The translations under genes were made by a program, and so were the position numbers. The notes under the pieces were generated by a model. That model saw only the letters and a list, made by a program, of their open reading frames with translations, had not been told where the DNA came from and did no database searches. From an uncultured bacterium (GTDB taxonomy: Bacteria > Bacteroidota > Ignavibacteria > Kapaibacteriales > UBA4661), in assembly GCA_937899715.1 (NCBI GenBank), contig CALCNX010000090.1, forward strand, positions 1 to 64,000: a stretch of DNA of 64,000 bases, given 5' to 3'. Below are positions 60,294-64,000 of this stretch, piece by piece (within the stretch, counting starts at the first letter, position 1; each line of letters begins with the position of its first letter).

Positions 60294-61577
60294 CTATGGT
60301 TGCTGCTTTTCGATGCTCCACACAAAATTTGCAAAAAGGTCAACAACTTCCGGCAGTATCGGCAATTTTTTCTTTTCCATGGGTGCCATAGCAAGGTCTT
60401 GGTTGCCGTCCTTAAGATTGAAACTCATATTTTTCACGGAGAAATATTGCGCCCGTGGATTGGCAGCCACCATGTTCCGCGTGTGCTCGTCGCCAATGGA
60501 GAAATCTAACGTGCCATGAACACCGATAATCGGGATAGTCAATTTGGCAACTTCCACAAGCGGCTCGTATTTATTGAGTGAAAGAATGTACTTTTGAAGC
60601 GCCGGACGCATCAAATCGTACAAAATACCATCTTTAGGAGTCAACTGCGGACGACGACCATTCTCCAGCATTGAGGCAAGCGAGTCAATTTCCCGTGCCG
60701 TACCTTCGGGGAAGGTGGCAGCGGCTTGGCTACGCATATAACGCAGCCAGCGACGTGAATCCGGCGCAACCATGATAAGACCGTCCACCTGCTGCCGATA
60801 CGCCGTGATAATGCCTGCCAGTGCGCCTTCACGCCCAAAGTCATTCGGACGGCTCAAACCCAAAATAGTGATTGCACCAAGACGCTTATCTTTACGCAAG
60901 GAATCTACCCACCCGCAAGCATCCACAATCGTTCGCTCGAAATCATGAAAATCGTCATCAAGGTAGGCATCACGGCTTCGTCCCGAACCGCGCGTGTCGT
61001 AGCGAAACGTAGCAATACCCTCAGTAGCAAGCGCTTCGGCAAGATACTGACCATAATTGCTTGAATCGCGGTTATGCCGCGAAATACCGTTGCGGTCATA
61101 AACCGTATTCGTGTTCAGAATGAGCAGCACGGGCACCGATGCTGTCGTGGTGGCAGTTGTGGGAAGAAGAAGTGTCCCCCAGAGTGTACCTGTCGTGGTA
61201 GGCAGTCGGCGTTCCTCGCTCGTAAATTTGAGCGGTTGCTTGGGACGTTTGAGCGAACGTGCCAGTGGCGGAGACGCAACAACGCCTCCACCGGCAGTGG
61301 GTGGCTCTACCAATGGCTTGGAAACTGGTTCTTGGGGCGCGGGCGCAGGGGCGCTTGTGGAGGTGGGTTTTGTCTCCTGCGGCTGTTTGTCTTTCTTGCC
61401 CGTAACCTTTTTGGACGGCTTTGGTGAAGCCTTTTTTGATGAGCCGGATTGGGATGTTGTTTGCGAAAAGGCGGGATACGTCATCCCGAACAGCACAAAA
61501 ACGAATGGTATCAAACAGAGTGCAATCGGCTGTTTCGAGAAGAATTTCAAACCACGAGAATTTGTCATAAAGCGCAA
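60294..61577 (-). CDS. Secreted alpha/beta-hydrolase-fold-like protein with Pro/Thr-rich linker (atypical nucleophile elbow GLSRP)
   Basis: Signal peptide; low-complexity PAPAPQEP…TTTGT linker; hydrolase-like C-terminal region but no canonical GxSxG. Confidence 0.4.
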   Translation of the reverse strand: MRFMTNSRGLKFFSKQPIALCLIPFVFVLFGMTYPAFSQTTSQSGSSKKASPKPSKKVTGKKDKQPQETKPTSTSAPAPAPQEPVSKPLVEPPTAGGGVVASPPLARSLKRPKQPLKFTSEERRLPTTTGTLWGTLLLPTTATTTASVPVLLILNTNTVYDRNGISRHNRDSSNYGQYLAEALATEGIATFRYDTRGSGRSRDAYLDDDFHDFERTIVDACGWVDSLRKDKRLGAITILGLSRPNDFGREGALAGIITAYRQQVDGLIMVAPDSRRWLRYMRSQAAATFPEGTAREIDSLASMLENGRRPQLTPKDGILYDLMRPALQKYILSLNKYEPLVEVAKLTIPIIGVHGTLDFSIGDEHTRNMVAANPRAQYFSVKNMSFNLKDGNQDLAMAPMEKKKLPILPEVVDLFANFVWSIEKQQP

Positions 61578-61748
61578 AAAGTTAGTTCAACAAAATGAAA
61601 AAGAATGTCGCTATCCCGTGATTGATTGCGCAAGTTGCTGAAGCTACTCGCACAACCTATTCGCTCACGGAGTATATGTATTTTTGCGACAATCGTGGTA
61701 ACGTAGGGTTCGATAGAAAAAGAATCGTTCTAAAAAACTCACAAGCGC

Positions 61749-62339
61749 TTAAACACTCGCAGCGACAGGTACTTGCTCGTGTAGAAGGCGCAGCCACTGG
61801 CGATAACCAATCCACGCCAAGACCGTGAAGACGACATAGAGCGCTGAAGTAAGCCACAATGATTTGGAAATAAACAGCCCAACATACAGCACATCAGCCG
61901 CCAGCCACACAAGCCAGCTTTCACAATATTTCTGCGCCTGCATCCAGACGGCGCAAAGGCTCATGCTTGTCAAAAACGCATCCATTTCCGGCAATGCTGC
62001 ATCGGTATAGTGCCGAAGAACGAATGCTGCTCCGAAAGCAAAGACGAGTGTGGCGATAGCGGCATAAGGCATTAATGTTGTTGGGATGCGCGTGATACGG
62101 CGCTCTGTGCGGGATTCGCCGCCATGAAGCCACTCATACCATCCATAAGCGTTCATACCGCAGAACACCAGTTGCAAAGCCATATCTGCGTAGAGTTTCT
62201 CACGAAAAAATACCGCCACATACAGCAAAACACTCGCAATGCCCCACGCCCAGCACCACACATTATTGCGTACTGTTAGCCACACCGAAATAATGCCGGT
62301 AATGGCACCAACTGCTTCAATCCACGTGATGTGAGGCAT
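61749..62339 (-). CDS. pnuC: Nicotinamide riboside transporter PnuC-like
   Basis: ~196 aa, 6-7 TMs, Trp-rich motifs (WLTVRNNVWCWAWGI…WYEWL) typical of PnuC. Confidence 0.5.
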   Translation of the reverse strand: MPHITWIEAVGAITGIISVWLTVRNNVWCWAWGIASVLLYVAVFFREKLYADMALQLVFCGMNAYGWYEWLHGGESRTERRITRIPTTLMPYAAIATLVFAFGAAFVLRHYTDAALPEMDAFLTSMSLCAVWMQAQKYCESWLVWLAADVLYVGLFISKSLWLTSALYVVFTVLAWIGYRQWLRLLHEQVPVAASV

Positions 62340-62625
62340 ACCTCAATCTTTGACTACAAAAGAGCGATAAGATGTTTAACTCAATTTTCCTTGCAGGTTT
62401 CCTTGCAGGACAGCTACAAAATTACGAAAAAGGTGATAATTTTTGTTGGAAAACTCCTATTTTTCCGCTATCCTTAACATCTTTTAACCAAGCGCATTTC
62501 GCACTATTACCTCAAAAGCACCTATTTATGCGGCTTCTAGCCCTCTTGTTTCTTGAACCATCCCCCGCATTTCGTTCCCAGCTCTAGCAGAATCAAACCC
62601 TACTCCACGTTCACTTGCCGTTACC

Positions 62626-64000
62626 ATGCTCATCACCCGCATCAAAGCTGACCATTTCAAGACGTATCATGCACTTGACCTCGACCTGAGTGTGAGCGAG
62701 GGCAAGCCGCTTGTACTTATTGGCGGTGCGAATGGCGGCGGCAAAACCACACTTTTTCAAGCGGTCTGTGGTGCGCTGTACGGGTTAAAAATTAGTACGG
62801 AGCAGCAATTTCACGAACTGTACAATACAGGTGATAATGCCCGCACAGGCTCCGGCACGGTATCGGAGCAAGGTATTCCGCACATCACACTCGAAATTCA
62901 TTTTGTCGGGCATCTTTTGGGCGAAGAGAAACCACACACACTCACACGTCGCTATGAAGTCTCTGCAAGCGGCAAAAAAACTGAGGTAGTGGAGTATGTC
63001 AACGCAAATTTTGGCGGAATGAAATATGCCTTCAACAGCGCCATGCCGCAACGCGAACGCATGAAGCATCAAACCGAGATTGCCAAAATTATCAAAGCAA
63101 ATCTGCCCGAAGAACTCAGCCGCTATTTTCTTTTTGATGCGATGGAATCCGGCGCACTCGTGCGTGAGGACGAGATAAACCGAGTCATTCGAGAAAATAT
63201 CGAAAGCGTGATGGGCTTTGGGAAATATATTCAGCTTGGACGTGTCGCCGAAACACTGGCAAAGCGCACCAACGCTGAACGCCTAAAACTCGAAAATGAG
63301 AAGCACGAATATATGCGGCTTCTTGGCGAAAAACGGCAATTAGAAACTCGTGCCGCCACGCTGGAAACAGAACTTACAGAATCATTTGCTTTTCGCCGCA
63401 AGAACAAGACACTCTACGAAGCACTCCAACACGACCTCGAAGCTGGGTTTGCCATTACGCGGACGATTGAACAAACAAAAAAAGAGATTGAAACAATTCT
63501 GAGCCGTGAACGCGGCTACCACAGCGCCGTACAGGGCTTCGCGCAGAACTTTGAGCAGCACGTTATTTTGCCGAACCTTGCCAGCACGCTTCGTAGCGAA
63601 CTTGCGCTTATTATTTCCACCAAAAACGCCGTTGAAAAGCAAGGTGAGGAAACTATCAAACGCGAAACCGTCGAGCGAATCGTCCGTGAGGCTCTTCGGT
63701 ACTTGCGTGATAAAACGTTGATTGAAGAGAATGGCGCTCAATCGCTGGAAACATCGCTTGTGGAATATCTCGTTTCGGCACGAATGTCGGCGGCGCAAGC
63801 GGACTTCTACGAATTTTTGAACCAGCAGGAAGTTCGCGCTTTGGAGAACCTTTTACACGGCACACACGCGAACCCTTTTGCACAAATTCTTGAACAAAAA
63901 AGCCAGCTTTTGAGCCAATTAGAAAGACTTCCGGGTTTGGAGCGAAGTCTTGAAGAATGGCGTAGTCATGCGGCAAGCAAAGACTTTTCGCTTATTCGTA
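62626..64000 (+). CDS. AAA/SMC-like ATPase (DndD/SbcC/RecF-like P-loop + long coiled coil), 3'-truncated by window end
   Basis: Walker A LVLIGGANGGGKTTLFQAVCGALYG near N-terminus followed by >350 aa of coiled-coil-prone sequence; frame open to end of window. Confidence 0.55.
   Translation, partial: MLITRIKADHFKTYHALDLDLSVSEGKPLVLIGGANGGGKTTLFQAVCGALYGLKISTEQQFHELYNTGDNARTGSGTVSEQGIPHITLEIHFVGHLLGEEKPHTLTRRYEVSASGKKTEVVEYVNANFGGMKYAFNSAMPQRERMKHQTEIAKIIKANLPEELSRYFLFDAMESGALVREDEINRVIRENIESVMGFGKYIQLGRVAETLAKRTNAERLKLENEKHEYMRLLGEKRQLETRAATLETELTESFAFRRKNKTLYEALQHDLEAGFAITRTIEQTKKEIETILSRERGYHSAVQGFAQNFEQHVILPNLASTLRSELALIISTKNAVEKQGEETIKRETVERIVREALRYLRDKTLIEENGAQSLETSLVEYLVSARMSAAQADFYEFLNQQEVRALENLLHGTHANPFAQILEQKSQLLSQLERLPGLERSLEEWRSHAASKDFSLIR

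Noticed and set aside
62372-62587. 71-aa ORF in the pnuC/ATPase intergenic region
   Set aside because: Low-complexity, lies in a probable divergent promoter, no support.
1-64000. tRNA, rRNA, tmRNA or riboswitch genes
   Set aside because: No tRNA-like cloverleaf signatures or rRNA-like segments noticed by eye, and no intergenic region long enough to hold rRNA. A tRNAscan/Infernal run would be needed to be certain.

Overview
Approximately 64 kb chromosomal segment, roughly 50% GC by eye, most likely from an FCB-group bacterium (Bacteroidota, Ignavibacteriota or Chlorobiota-like). That placement is an inference from a SusC/SusD pair, several proteins with T9SS (type IX secretion) C-terminal sorting domains, a TonB-dependent receptor followed by a DUF4249-like lipoprotein, and Bacteroidetes-type Rpn/PD-(D/E)XK 'transposase' genes. 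The first 49 nt are not biological: they are an Illumina TruSeq-HT i5 adapter with index AGGCGAAG. Genuine sequence starts at nt 50 inside a 5'-truncated tyrosine integrase gene. I call about 50 protein-coding genes and found no rRNA, tRNA or CRISPR array by eye. Recognisable housekeeping and envelope functions include argS, a queG-like reductase, a CBS-domain cysteine-synthase-family enzyme, a pnuC-like transporter, a CrtI-family desaturase, a flotillin-like SPFH protein, M28 and S9 peptidases, an MFS transporter, a modB-like permease, two orphan sensor histidine kinases, a TPR-adenylate cyclase and two TetR regulators. The unusual content is sequence-level: (i) a 1121-codon BNR/CUB T9SS cargo ORF broken by a single TGA exactly where the BNR motif S-x-D-x-G-x-T-W requires Trp; (ii) a tandem pair of lipoprotein genes sharing a near-identical 390-bp 5' module but diverged 3' halves, sitting beside an orphan T9SS C-terminal-domain remnant and an Rpn-family nuclease and bracketed by two bestrophin-like paralogs; (iii) several intergenic repeat and palindrome clusters that look like uncharacterised operator or promoter elements; (iv) an AC-HK-TetR TPR signalling cluster with no response regulator; (v) a DndD/SMC-like ATPase running off the 3' end of the window. 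No complete known defence system, prophage or CRISPR locus could be supported.
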